The notes beneath the pieces were generated by a model that made no database searches, was not told the origin of the DNA, and worked only from the letters and a program-made list of their open reading frames with translations. This document shows positions 1 through 8,900 of a DNA stretch of 29,052 nucleotides, piece by piece. Made by a program: the position numbers and the translations under genes. Each line of letters opens with the position of its first letter. Positions within the stretch are counted from its first letter, which is position 1. Source of the DNA: a virus (taxonomy: Duplodnaviria; Heunggongvirae; Uroviricota; Caudoviricetes); IMG/VR virus record IMGVR_UViG_2778261515_000007. One strand, given 5' to 3'.

Positions 1-21
1 AACCCGCCTTGTGGGCGGGTT
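1..21 (-). terminator. GC-rich hairpin (AACCCGCC-TTGT-GGGCGGGTT) just 3' of the tRNA-Phe-like remnant on the minus strand; possible terminator or att-flank palindrome
   Basis: 8-bp perfect stem with 4-nt loop read in sequence. The window edge prevents checking for a U-tract. Confidence 0.3.
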
Positions 22-33
22 CTTAAGAATTAG

Positions 34-55
34 TGGTGCCGGACTCGGAATCGAA
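34..55 (-). other. 22-nt remnant of the tRNA-Phe 3' end (att-like direct repeat typical of pheU/pheV-associated islands); not an intact tRNA
   Basis: Minus strand reads TTCGATTCCGAGTCCGGCACCA, matching the recalled tRNA-Phe 3' end (TTCGATTCCGAGTCCGGGCACCA) except for one missing G. The upstream T-arm and body are absent. Confidence 0.5.
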
Positions 56-219
56 GATTGCTTCTATCATGTTGATATAAATCTGATTTGTTTGGTTTGG
101 TGAGAAATGTACCCTCTTTTGTACCCTCGGTCCCTTTTGCTGCGAAAAAGGAATCAAACCCGGGAATTGGGAGATGAGGTGAAAAGAGGGACGCATATCC
201 TGGTCCATTTCAGTATGTG

Positions 220-912
220 TTATCTCTGGTTTTTGCCGTTTCTGCTGTTGTATACCCACTCAGCAATAAACTGTTCAGCGGGTAGTGGAGGTGCATAGCG
301 GTATCCCTGCAGATAGCTGCTTCCTTTCTCTGTCATGAACAACTCCTGTGATTCGGTTTCAATGCCTTCGGCAATGATATCAATACATAACCGACGAGCC
401 AGCTCAATAACATTTTCTACTATATGCCCGGAGATTTCATCCACTCCGACCATTTGTACAAACCCTTTATCGAGTTTGATGTAATCGACAGGAAACGACT
501 GCAGGTAGCTGTGAGTCGCATAACCCGTGCCAAAATCATCCAGTGCGAACAATACTCCTTGTTGATGTAATTTCGCAAATAACGCTTTTGATTCTGCTGT
601 GACGGATAGCTGGTTTCGCTCTGTCAGTTCCAGAAGCAGTTTCACTTTCCCTTTCGGGAAGGTGGATAGAAACTTCATACAGCTATCTTCCAGTCTCGGG
701 GACAGAAAATGCGCTGGTGAAATATTGATCCCAATATGAAATTGATCGGGTAAAAAATCTGCAACAGAATTAAGGCTATGTTCGACCTGAGACATCAACT
801 GTTGCGTTATCGGGGCAATTAATCCGGTGGACTCTGCCAGCGGGATAAACTGATCTGGTGGGATAATCCCGCTGACGGGGTGATGCCAGCGAATCAGTGC
901 GTATTCCGTTAC
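220..912 (-). pseudogene. EAL-domain (c-di-GMP phosphodiesterase) gene fragment, 5'-truncated at the IS2 junction
   Basis: Translation shows the ordered EAL-domain motifs EYALIRW, INIS, ELTE, DDFGTG, KLD, EGIE, QGY. The frame is closed by a stop at 913-915, only ~26 nt from the IS2 boundary, and no N-terminal sensor or GGDEF region is present. Confidence 0.75.
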
Positions 913-940
913 TCACCGATCTCCTTCACGGTAATACGCA

Positions 941-1228
941 GAACCGGGGATGACGGTCTCCCTCGTTGCCCGGCAACATGGTGTAGCAGCCAGCCAGTTA
1001 TTTCTCTGGCGTAAGCAATACCAGGAAGGAAGTCTTACTGCTGTCGCCGCCGGAGAACAGGTTGTTCCTGCCTCTGAACTTGCTGCCGCCATGAAGCAGA
1101 TTAAAGAACTCCAGCGCCTGCTCGGCAAGAAAACGATGGAAAATGAACTCCTCAAAGAAGCCGTTGAATATGGACGGGCAAAAAAGTGGATAGCGCACGC
1201 GCCCTTATTGCCCGGGGATGGGGAGTAA
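941..1228 (+). pseudogene. insC: IS2 InsC (OrfA) N-terminally truncated fragment
   Basis: In-frame sequence ...[30 protein letters not shown]... matches the recalled IS2 InsC C-terminal part. The start codon and about the first 38 codons are missing. Confidence 0.8.
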
Positions 1229-2091
1229 GCTTAGTCAGCCGTTGTCTCCGGGTGTCGCGTGCGCAGTTGCACGTCATTCTCAGACGAACCGATGACTGGA
1301 TGGATGGCCGCCGCAGTCGTCACACTGATGATACGGATGTGCTTCTCCGTATACACCATGTTATCGGAGAGCTGCCCACGTATGGTTATCGTCGGGTATG
1401 GGCGCTGCTTCGCAGACAGGCAGAACTTGATGGTATGCCTGCGATCAATGCCAAACGTGTTTACCGGATCATGCGCCAGAATGCGCTGTTGCTTGAGCGA
1501 AAACCTGCTGTACCGCCATCGAAACGGGCACATACAGGCAGAGTGGCCGTGAAAGAAAGCAATCAGCGATGGTGCTCTGACGGGTTCGAGTTCTGCTGTG
1601 ATAACGGAGAGAGACTGCGTGTCACGTTCGCACTGGACTGCTGTGATCGTGAGGCACTGCACTGGGCAGTCACTACCGGCGGCTTCAACAGTGAAACAGT
1701 ACAGGACGTCATGCTGGGAGCGGTGGAACGCCGCTTCGGCAACGATCTTCCGTCGTCTCCAGTGGAGTGGCTGACGGATAATGGTTCATGCTACCGGGCT
1801 AATGAAACACGCCAGTTCGCCCGGATGTTGGGACTTGAACCGAAGAACACGGCGGTGCGGAGTCCGGAGAGTAACGGAATAGCAGAGAGCTTCGTGAAAA
1901 CGATAAAGCGTGACTACATCAGTATCATGCCCAAACCAGACGGGTTAACGGCAGCAAAGAACCTTGCAGAGGCGTTCGAGCATTATAACGAATGGCATCC
2001 GCATAGTGCGCTGGGTTATCGCTCGCCACGGGAATATCTGCGGCAGCGGGCCAGTAATGGGTTAAGTGATAACAGGTGTCTGGAAATATAG
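1186..2091 (+). CDS. insD: IS2 transposase InsD (OrfB), apparently intact 301-aa reading frame
   Basis: 301-aa ORF overlapping insC in the -1 frame, as in IS2. Sequence matches recalled IS2 InsD, with DDE-type integrase-core motifs. Confidence 0.85.
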
Positions 2092-2255
2092 GGGCAAATC
2101 CAATGGCGCAGATACGCTTGCGGGTTGATACCATTCAGGCAGCAGGTCCGTTCACTACCGTAATCACTGCCGAAGAACACATTGATTGCCCCTCAATAAT
2201 CCTGCCGTCAACGTCAAAATTGCTGGTCGGGCTCGACTTATTTAATTGTGTAAAC

Positions 2256-2278
2256 AGGGCCTCTCAGCGAAAGGCCCT
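2256..2278 (-). terminator. Possible intrinsic terminator for the 2295-2861 gene
   Basis: AGGGCC / GGCCCT 6-bp stem with 11-nt loop, 17 nt downstream of the stop on the minus strand. The following tract is only weakly T-rich. Confidence 0.3.
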
Positions 2279-2294
2279 TATGCATCACCTGACG

Positions 2295-2861
2295 TTAAAA
2301 GTCACTACATCCAAGATGACGTTCAATGGCACCATGCGATTCAATGTAAGCCTGGGCCGTCTGTTCCAGTACACCAAGCTCAGCGTTGTATGTGTTAGCT
2401 GCATCAAATATTAACGACAGCACTTCAGGATACACAACCAGATGTGTAACTGAGTTATCTTCGTCCAATACTTTTCCCCACGCCTGCTCAATCAGATTTC
2501 TGAGAACCACCACCTCACGACTCTTACACCAGACATCGTTATTAAGTAGCAGTACCATAAGATAAGGAGTGGTATCGTTAGCCATGGCCTCCCTACTCCA
2601 GAGATAATATAAAGGGGTGGGCTCAACAGATTTATCTTTACGTCGCTTGCACTGCAAATATTCAGAAATTAGTCTATGCAGTTCACCAGTAAAATCAGCC
2701 ATCAGAGAGGGAATTGCCTTATTCATACCTGGGCAAGGTATTAATTTAAATTGTAATAATTTAATTTTAGGATGTGTAGCTGCAGCCCGATACAGAGTTG
2801 CAAGGACACACTTTTGCCAGAGGACGTTACAGGAAAGCTTAATGTTTGATTCTGTATACAT
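2295..2861 (-). CDS. Hypothetical island protein (188 aa)
   Basis: ORF with SD-like AAGGTGA about 7 nt upstream of the ATG at 2861. No motif recognised. Confidence 0.5.
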   Translation of the reverse strand: MYTESNIKLSCNVLWQKCVLATLYRAAATHPKIKLLQFKLIPCPGMNKAIPSLMADFTGELHRLISEYLQCKRRKDKSVEPTPLYYLWSREAMANDTTPYLMVLLLNNDVWCKSREVVVLRNLIEQAWGKVLDEDNSVTHLVVYPEVLSLIFDAANTYNAELGVLEQTAQAYIESHGAIERHLGCSDF

Positions 2862-2888
2862 AATAAATCACCTTACAGTTACAATAGG

Positions 2889-3503
2889 TCAAAAACCGCT
2901 GTAGCCAAAGTTACGCTGGCCTGATGCTTTAGTGTCGAGCTTCGTCAGATAATCCAGACGTGCCAATAAGCGCTGATACTGCTCAGGGAAATCAGGATCG
3001 TTAATATCCAGGATGTAACGTCCATTAACAGGGAAATGAACTAGTCCCTGGTGATCTTCCAGTTCTAACCCTAAGGCACTGTACCAGGCTCCGGTAATTA
3101 ACCCTCTCAGGGTGTCAGAGCGCTCATAGTCTCCCAGGTGGTAATAGGCGTCTTTGTTAAAAAAAAGGCAGACGTGATAATGACATTTAAAGGACTGCGT
3201 ATATTCTTTCGCCCAGATAATACAAACCGACGTTGCGTAGGTGCGTTTGCCTTGTTGTTTTTTACGGTGTTGATCTGCATTAATTTTCGCATTCAGCGAG
3301 TTACGGAAACGAGATATCTCTCCGGGACTCAGGTTAGGAAAACAGGTAATGGTATCCCCGTTGTCAATCACGGGAGGATAATGGAGATCCACCCGTATTG
3401 CCGTTATTCTGGGATGTTTCTGGAAGAGGTTATTCACCTGGTTTCTTATTTTTAACCCGTGAGCCTCATGACATTCACCGTAAAGAGTTTCAATCGTAAT
3501 CAT
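2889..3503 (-). CDS. Hypothetical island protein (204 aa); possibly YagK/YfjJ-like family of CP4-type cryptic prophages (unverified)
   Basis: ORF with AAGGA 9 nt upstream of the ATG. Position next to a resolvase-like gene resembles the int-distal gene block of K-12 CP4-6, recalled from memory and not verified by alignment. Confidence 0.5.
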   Translation of the reverse strand: MITIETLYGECHEAHGLKIRNQVNNLFQKHPRITAIRVDLHYPPVIDNGDTITCFPNLSPGEISRFRNSLNAKINADQHRKKQQGKRTYATSVCIIWAKEYTQSFKCHYHVCLFFNKDAYYHLGDYERSDTLRGLITGAWYSALGLELEDHQGLVHFPVNGRYILDINDPDFPEQYQRLLARLDYLTKLDTKASGQRNFGYSGF

Positions 3504-3593
3504 GTTAATATTCCTTTTGCTTTCAGGGATAAGCTAATAGTTAACCTACCCAATACACAACAGAAGCAGATATTAATATTCGTATCAGTAGTT

Positions 3594-3619
3594 CCCAGAG
3601 GGATATATAACCCTCTGGG
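3594..3619. repeat. Perfect 9-bp inverted repeat with 8-nt AT spacer (CCCAGAGGG-ATATATAA-CCCTCTGGG), 26 bp overall
   Basis: Read directly in sequence. Lies in the 390-bp AT-rich intergenic region between the serine-recombinase-like gene and the 204-aa gene. Confidence 0.6.
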
Positions 3620-3893
3620 CGTCAATTAAGAAAAACGCTACTGCCTATTGTTACATTAGAGAACAGGATGATGTTACACAGTTACATTAGAACGTTTTAA
3701 AACATTAAACAGAGTTATGATCTACACACAACTAATTATTTGGTATTAGAATACCATTAGCTCTATTAGTACATCATATCCATCATTACACATATACCAG
3801 ATACTATACAGCACAGATATAATATATATATTACCTATCCAACGCACATGCATTTATAACTCCATTGCCAATAGCTACAAGGACTATAAAATA

Positions 3894-4454
3894 TTACTCT
3901 GCAGTTAGATCAACAATACCTTTATCCCAGTGTCTTTTTACAGTGGATAAACTGATGCTTAATTTTCTGGCTGTTTGTGACTGACTGAACCCCTGCAATT
4001 TCAACTGTCTGATATTTTTACTATGAATACTCCCTTCTTTCCTTCCTGGTTTTCTTTTAATTTTCCGGATACTGATGTCGGGAATTTTTCCTCTAATATC
4101 TGTAGGTAAAATCATCCCGGTGAGTACCACAGGGATATCATCACCATCCGGCAACTCTGATGACATAAAAAAGCAAATATTAATACCTTGTCTGATACTT
4201 AAAGATAAAACCTCCTGTATTTTTTCCGGCGTATTACCAAAACAAGTTAACGATTTAGTAATCAGAATATCACCCCTTTGCATATCCTGCGTCAGGAGTC
4301 GAACTAACCGTTTTCTGTCTGCCAGAGTATAATCCGGGCGACCCAATTCGCCTGTTAACTGCAATAGTGGTTCTTTAAAATATCTCTGAATCATGGATTT
4401 TAAGCGATTAAGTTTTGACCATTTTTCAGAGTCTATGTATGCAAAACTCGCCAT
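3894..4454 (-). CDS. Serine-recombinase (resolvase/invertase)-like protein with C-terminal HTH, catalytic residues apparently absent
   Basis: Core region GDILITKS...IRQGINICFF resembles the Hin/Pin segment GDTLVVWKLDRLGRS...RGINFRSL, and the C-terminus has the HTH FSQSQTARKLSISLSTVKRHW. The N-terminus reads AYIDSEKW where YxRVSTxxQ is expected, and the DR..R motif is missing. SD GAGG is 5 nt upstream of the ATG. Confidence 0.55.
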   Translation of the reverse strand: MASFAYIDSEKWSKLNRLKSMIQRYFKEPLLQLTGELGRPDYTLADRKRLVRLLTQDMQRGDILITKSLTCFGNTPEKIQEVLSLSIRQGINICFFMSSELPDGDDIPVVLTGMILPTDIRGKIPDISIRKIKRKPGRKEGSIHSKNIRQLKLQGFSQSQTARKLSISLSTVKRHWDKGIVDLTAE

Positions 4455-4675
4455 AATGCCTCAAACTGGTGTCATGAATTAATTATTGAACCTGTTTTTT
4501 CCTGAGTCGCATTACTCTTTTCTAAGGGAGACTCTCCAGATACATCGGAAAAGTACTCGATAAAAGAGTTGGCCACTCCCGGGTAATGATTGCTCTCTTT
4601 AACCTCAGAAAGCGGTTTCTGTTCATCATTTACACCACGATTTCTGGGTTATGAATAAATCTACGCGGGCCATAA

Positions 4676-5422
4676 TCATTCATCTTCAAATGGGTTAATA
4701 ATAATAACATCTCCACCTGTTCTGGAACTTTGTGAAACTTCCTCTGTTCTCAGAACAGGCACTATTACAGCCTTATTATTGATATAAAAAATCGGAATAT
4801 GAAAAGTACAAAATCCTGTACTACGAATCTGATGTCGCCTCACTGTTTCTTTCGTACCATACTCAATCAACTCATCTATCTGCAGGCAAACTGAATTGCA
4901 AAAGTCAAAAAAATAATCCCCAAAAACACTGGTTTTAATCAGAATGGTTTTATAAAACCCTCCTGCACGATTCAGGGTATGGGAAACTTTTCTGTTCGTG
5001 TAAATACAAATTGCCTTCTCAACTTTATAATATTCCAGCATTAAGGTCGCATTCTCTTTAATTCCCTTTTTCTCTGCAACTCCCATAGCATTTCTGGTGC
5101 TTTCATGAGGAAATATCTTTCTATCGAGAACATCATATTCATATTTGATATGCGATTTATAAATGCTATGAAAAAACTCTCCTTTTGTTATTTCAGGCTT
5201 TGTCCGTTGCACAAATGGTTCCTCATTAAAAAACTGACGTAGCTTATCCTCTATATCAGTTATAGCAACAATATTTTCATTTATCTTGTTTAAAACAGGA
5301 GCCCCTAGCTTTAAACACTCTTTAATCGCTGCTGAAAATGAGCATTTTTTTAAATGCTGATACTTTTTAATTACATCAGCTTCATATGTTTCTGCAAGAG
5401 AGAAAGAGACACGTTTCATCAT
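4676..5422 (-). CDS. Hypothetical protein (248 aa) with possible ribbon-helix-helix-like N-terminus
   Basis: Strong SD AAGGAG upstream of tandem ATG ATG. N-terminal KRVSFSLAETYEADVIKKY...SFSAAIKECLKLG has a strand-helix-helix pattern; the rest is unrecognised. Confidence 0.5.
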   Translation of the reverse strand: MMKRVSFSLAETYEADVIKKYQHLKKCSFSAAIKECLKLGAPVLNKINENIVAITDIEDKLRQFFNEEPFVQRTKPEITKGEFFHSIYKSHIKYEYDVLDRKIFPHESTRNAMGVAEKKGIKENATLMLEYYKVEKAICIYTNRKVSHTLNRAGGFYKTILIKTSVFGDYFFDFCNSVCLQIDELIEYGTKETVRRHQIRSTGFCTFHIPIFYINNKAVIVPVLRTEEVSQSSRTGGDVIIINPFEDE

Positions 5423-5484
5423 GAAACTCCTTTTTAATTATAAAATTAAAATATAGAAAGATATATTATTCTGATACTATAAGG

Positions 5485-5712
5485 TTAATACTGACTAATC
5501 CACCACAATAGATCACTTAATAACCATCCACAGGATTTCTTTCCAATAGTTTTACGTGGCGGGAATTTTCCTTCACGTTCCAGTTTCCAGGCTTGTGAAC
5601 GAGAAATAGACGTAATGTTCTGACGTTCCTCTTCTCGTACCAGTCTGTCACAGGTGTATCCATAGATCTTCAAAATTGATAAACGGTTCTCATCTCTTAA
5701 CGGCTTCCACAT
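5485..5712 (-). CDS. AlpA-family prophage transcriptional regulator (putative integrase/excision activator)
   Basis: RLVREEERQNITSISRSQAWKLEREGKFPPRKTIGKKSCGWLLSDLLWWI follows the AlpA/MerR-like HTH pattern. SD AAGGAG is 7 nt upstream of the ATG at 5712; the longer ORF start at 5730 lacks an RBS. Confidence 0.65.
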   Translation of the reverse strand: MWKPLRDENRLSILKIYGYTCDRLVREEERQNITSISRSQAWKLEREGKFPPRKTIGKKSCGWLLSDLLWWISQY

Positions 5713-6487
5713 ATTGCTCTCCTTATACATTCATGATTTTCAGATTGTATATGCATGTGAGCTGCTCAAATCACTACATCTATCTGTAGTGGTATGCTGT
5801 TGAACAGCACCAGCAACTCACGAGCAAAACAATACCTTTGCACAACAAAGAAATCAAATTGCGAGAATTGATTTAATTAACTGACTTCTAATAACACAAT
5901 AACAACAAAGAAAGTCGCAATATAAAAATAATTCAAACAATACTTTTTAATATACAAAATAAAAACCAAAATCATAATCTTCGTAGGTTATTTTATGCAG
6001 ACAAAAACAAAAAAAATCTTGTTATGATCTATGATATCAAGAGGAGGGGTAGTGACCAAAAATTTTCCCCAGAAAAGCCCCCACAACATTAGTTTGAAAA
6101 CGTGACGAAGTTCACAAAATTATCTTCTGGCGATAATAGAACTTGTAAGAGGGAGTTGATTTTTGCCAACTTGCTAAAGCTAAAGTGCAGACAAAAGATA
6201 ATAATTGAATGAAAACGATACATATTTTCAGATGAAAGTGACGTGACTGTAGAGGGCTATAACCGTAAAATCATTTACGTCCTGAGCAATATGCAACAAA
6301 AGGGAATGCTCGTAAAAAAATCAGGAATAAACGCTAAGGATATCGTATTAGATTCAGCATCGTAGCCACTGCATAACTGATTCCCATTTCGTAGAGGCTG
6401 TTAACTCTGTATCAATGTCCTGACAAAGGACTGTATCAAGTTTCTCTACTGGAAACAGCTATGCAATAGACGGAAGAATTTAACATT

Positions 6488-8092
6488 ATGGTAACTAAAA
6501 AGGTAAAAACAAACCACCCGTACTATCGTGTTTTATCTGGCACCTCCATGCCGTTTCCCCACATACATGAAGCTGTTTCCGAACAGTTGCTTCTACTCAT
6601 TTTCAAAGCACGCAGATTGTATCTGGATCCAGAATATCGTCCCTGGTTTGATGAACAACATCGGATTCTCTCGGCATTACGCGCTAACACAAAACTACAA
6701 AATATTTTAGAGCAAAATAGAGAGGACTACTCCATAGGTGAGACCGATAATCCACTATCTAAAGAGCTGTATGCTGCTTTTCAGGTTATGTGCCATTTAT
6801 ACAATGGTTTTGATAACAGACTCGTCAGCCTGAAAACCTGGGGAGATATGAACAGGGAACCAACAGCAAAATTTGTCGGCCAAAATAGTGGTGGCTGGAA
6901 AACACCTGAGATGGAAGAATTCGTCAGAAACGATTTGTTCAATATTCTGACAGATTGCAAAGCTCATTGCTCACCACTTCCCGCTCTGGTTCGACAAGGA
7001 TATTGCCATCAAGATCTTTCTGTTGCGCACTCATGTACTAAAGAATTACTGGAACAACTGAACCGATACCATCAAATTGATGAATCAGCGATACTTGCCA
7101 GAACCCTTGGTTTGGCTATTAACAACTGCTATCACTCAGAAACAGAGATTCCTGAATGGCTTTCTCCTTTTGAAAATGAATACAAAAGTCCCTGGAATTG
7201 TGAGAAACCAGATACTAACGATGTGAGTAAACTTAGAAAACAATTGCTAACAATCGGGCGTACAGAATTCGTGGACAAAATGTTTTCGCTAGCCAACAAA
7301 AATGCAACAAAGATAATATATGATGGATACGTTAAACTTTATGCTCTGGAAATATATGAATGGTTAAATAAATTAGTGCAATATTTTAAAGGAAATGATT
7401 TTATTCGTTACACCTGGAAATTCACAACAATTATTTCCGATGAAAGTGACACGATTGAAAACACCACCGCATGGGAAAAAGACTATTGTCAAATCACTAT
7501 ACAGCGCGATGAACTTCTGAAACTGATTTATACCAATACCCTGCAGGATGCAGCAATGAATCTTGCTGGTTGCCTGCAACAGGCATACATAGAACCGTTA
7601 AAAAGGGAAATAAATTATCCAGGAATAAACATTGATGCAAAAGAGCGTGAAATTAGAAAATCTATTGAATTCAGGAGCGAACTGAATAACTTCACAAACA
7701 TCATGAAACAACTGGAAACATTTGAAAAATGGTATAACGCCAATAAAATTCTGTTGGTAAGTAACAAAAAGAAACGTACAGAAAAGATTGACGTGAATAT
7801 TCGTCTTGCAGGACTGAAAGGCTATGATCTGAATGAAGGTATACCTGATGGTCAGGGACGCAAAATTAAAGATGGTGTGAATGAACTCGTCAAGGCAGAT
7901 GGCAGTCTACAACTTCCACAAGATATCAGTGACACTTCGCTTAACCGTTACCGTCAAGCAGTTCAACACATTATTAAGGATGAGATCGACACGTTGCTGA
8001 TAGCACAGAGGGAAAAAAATAAAATAAATCCATATAGCGAAGATAGATACTCGATACGACCTTTATGGGGAAAATGTCTGGTCGAACAGTAA
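6488..8092 (+). CDS. Hypothetical protein (534 aa), orphan cargo gene
   Basis: Long ORF opposite in orientation to neighbouring island genes, preceded by a ~775-bp very AT-rich leader. No P-loop, signal peptide or other motif recognised; the RBS is weak (GGAAG about 12 nt upstream). Confidence 0.55.
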   Translation: MVTKKVKTNHPYYRVLSGTSMPFPHIHEAVSEQLLLLIFKARRLYLDPEYRPWFDEQHRILSALRANTKLQNILEQNREDYSIGETDNPLSKELYAAFQVMCHLYNGFDNRLVSLKTWGDMNREPTAKFVGQNSGGWKTPEMEEFVRNDLFNILTDCKAHCSPLPALVRQGYCHQDLSVAHSCTKELLEQLNRYHQIDESAILARTLGLAINNCYHSETEIPEWLSPFENEYKSPWNCEKPDTNDVSKLRKQLLTIGRTEFVDKMFSLANKNATKIIYDGYVKLYALEIYEWLNKLVQYFKGNDFIRYTWKFTTIISDESDTIENTTAWEKDYCQITIQRDELLKLIYTNTLQDAAMNLAGCLQQAYIEPLKREINYPGINIDAKEREIRKSIEFRSELNNFTNIMKQLETFEKWYNANKILLVSNKKKRTEKIDVNIRLAGLKGYDLNEGIPDGQGRKIKDGVNELVKADGSLQLPQDISDTSLNRYRQAVQHIIKDEIDTLLIAQREKNKINPYSEDRYSIRPLWGKCLVEQ

Positions 8093-8104
8093 CTCACTGA
8101 GAAA

Positions 8105-8127
8105 GGGGATAGCAGTTCGCTATCCCC
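8105..8127. terminator. Hairpin shared by convergent genes (GGGGATAGC-AGTTC-GCTATCCCC)
   Basis: Perfect 9-bp stem with 5-nt loop between the stop of the 534-aa gene (8092) and the stop of the minus-strand gene (8175). A TTTCTC tract follows on the minus strand. Confidence 0.45.
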
Positions 8128-8174
8128 AAGGGAGACTTTCCAGCAAGATCTCAAAAAACGAGATACTCGGCAAA

Positions 8175-8771
8175 TTATGCGGCTTTACCATTAACAGATT
8201 CAGCCACAAGAACGACAGCGTGTCTGTTTCGCTCAGGATGTTCACTCCAGATTTCTGATTCCGGGATGCTTTTCCCGTCATAACTGATCCGTTCGCCATC
8301 AAACGGGTAATACCGTGCGGAATCAGTATCTAAAATAAACACCTTCAGATTCGTTGAACGACGCGCAATATGCTGCCAGAGAGCTTTACCTCCTTCATAT
8401 TGCTCGTTATCACTTAATAGTACAACGCCCGCTTTTGTGACTATCGTTTCATAAACAAACGTTGCAAGACCAACATCACGTACAGCGCCATCGACAACAA
8501 TCCCTTCAATCTGAGCAACATCCTGTTCTTCCCAGAATTTCTGGACAAACACGCCTTCAAGCCGGGGACGACGCTGAAGCTCCAGAGTGGCAACAACCTT
8601 ATGGCGAACATCACCATCAATAACAGAAGGTGCAGCTTAGATTACCGCAGCAAACGGAGTCTTTGGATCCCAGATGATCTGGTAAAGCACGCCCTGAATA
8701 GTTACTCCATCCAGTATCGAAAAACGACGAGCTACAGTAGCAGGGGAGTAAGACATTGGAATTACAGCCAT
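8175..8771 (-). pseudogene. Hypothetical ~198-codon gene interrupted by a single in-frame TAA (codon 45)
   Basis: ATG at 8771-8769 with SD GAGGGG 8 nt upstream. The same frame continues through a TAA at 8639-8637 into the 8175-8552 ORF, which the ORF track starts at a GTG. Confidence 0.5.
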
Positions 8772-8900
8772 TTTTGAATCCCCTCTGAGTAATACCGGCA
8801 CGAAAATTTACCTCAATAATTATAGTAAACAATACAAGAACCAAGTGCATCAACAATACTCATCAATTGTACACAATTCGTACAGCGACCAGGAACTCCC

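Larger units (their letters stand above)
941..2102 (+). mobile_element. IS2 insertion sequence, 5'-truncated copy (left inverted repeat and first ~170 bp missing)
   Basis: Recognised IS2 InsC and InsD protein sequences and the right end ...ATATAGGGGCAAATCCA. Homology starts abruptly at GAACCGGGGATGACGG inside InsC, and no IS2 left terminal repeat is found upstream. Confidence 0.85.

Noticed and set aside
913-1662. Minus-strand ORFs antisense to IS2 (913-1155, 998-1198, 1231-1662)
   Set aside because: They lie inside the recognised IS2 insC/insD coding region on the opposite strand; spurious.
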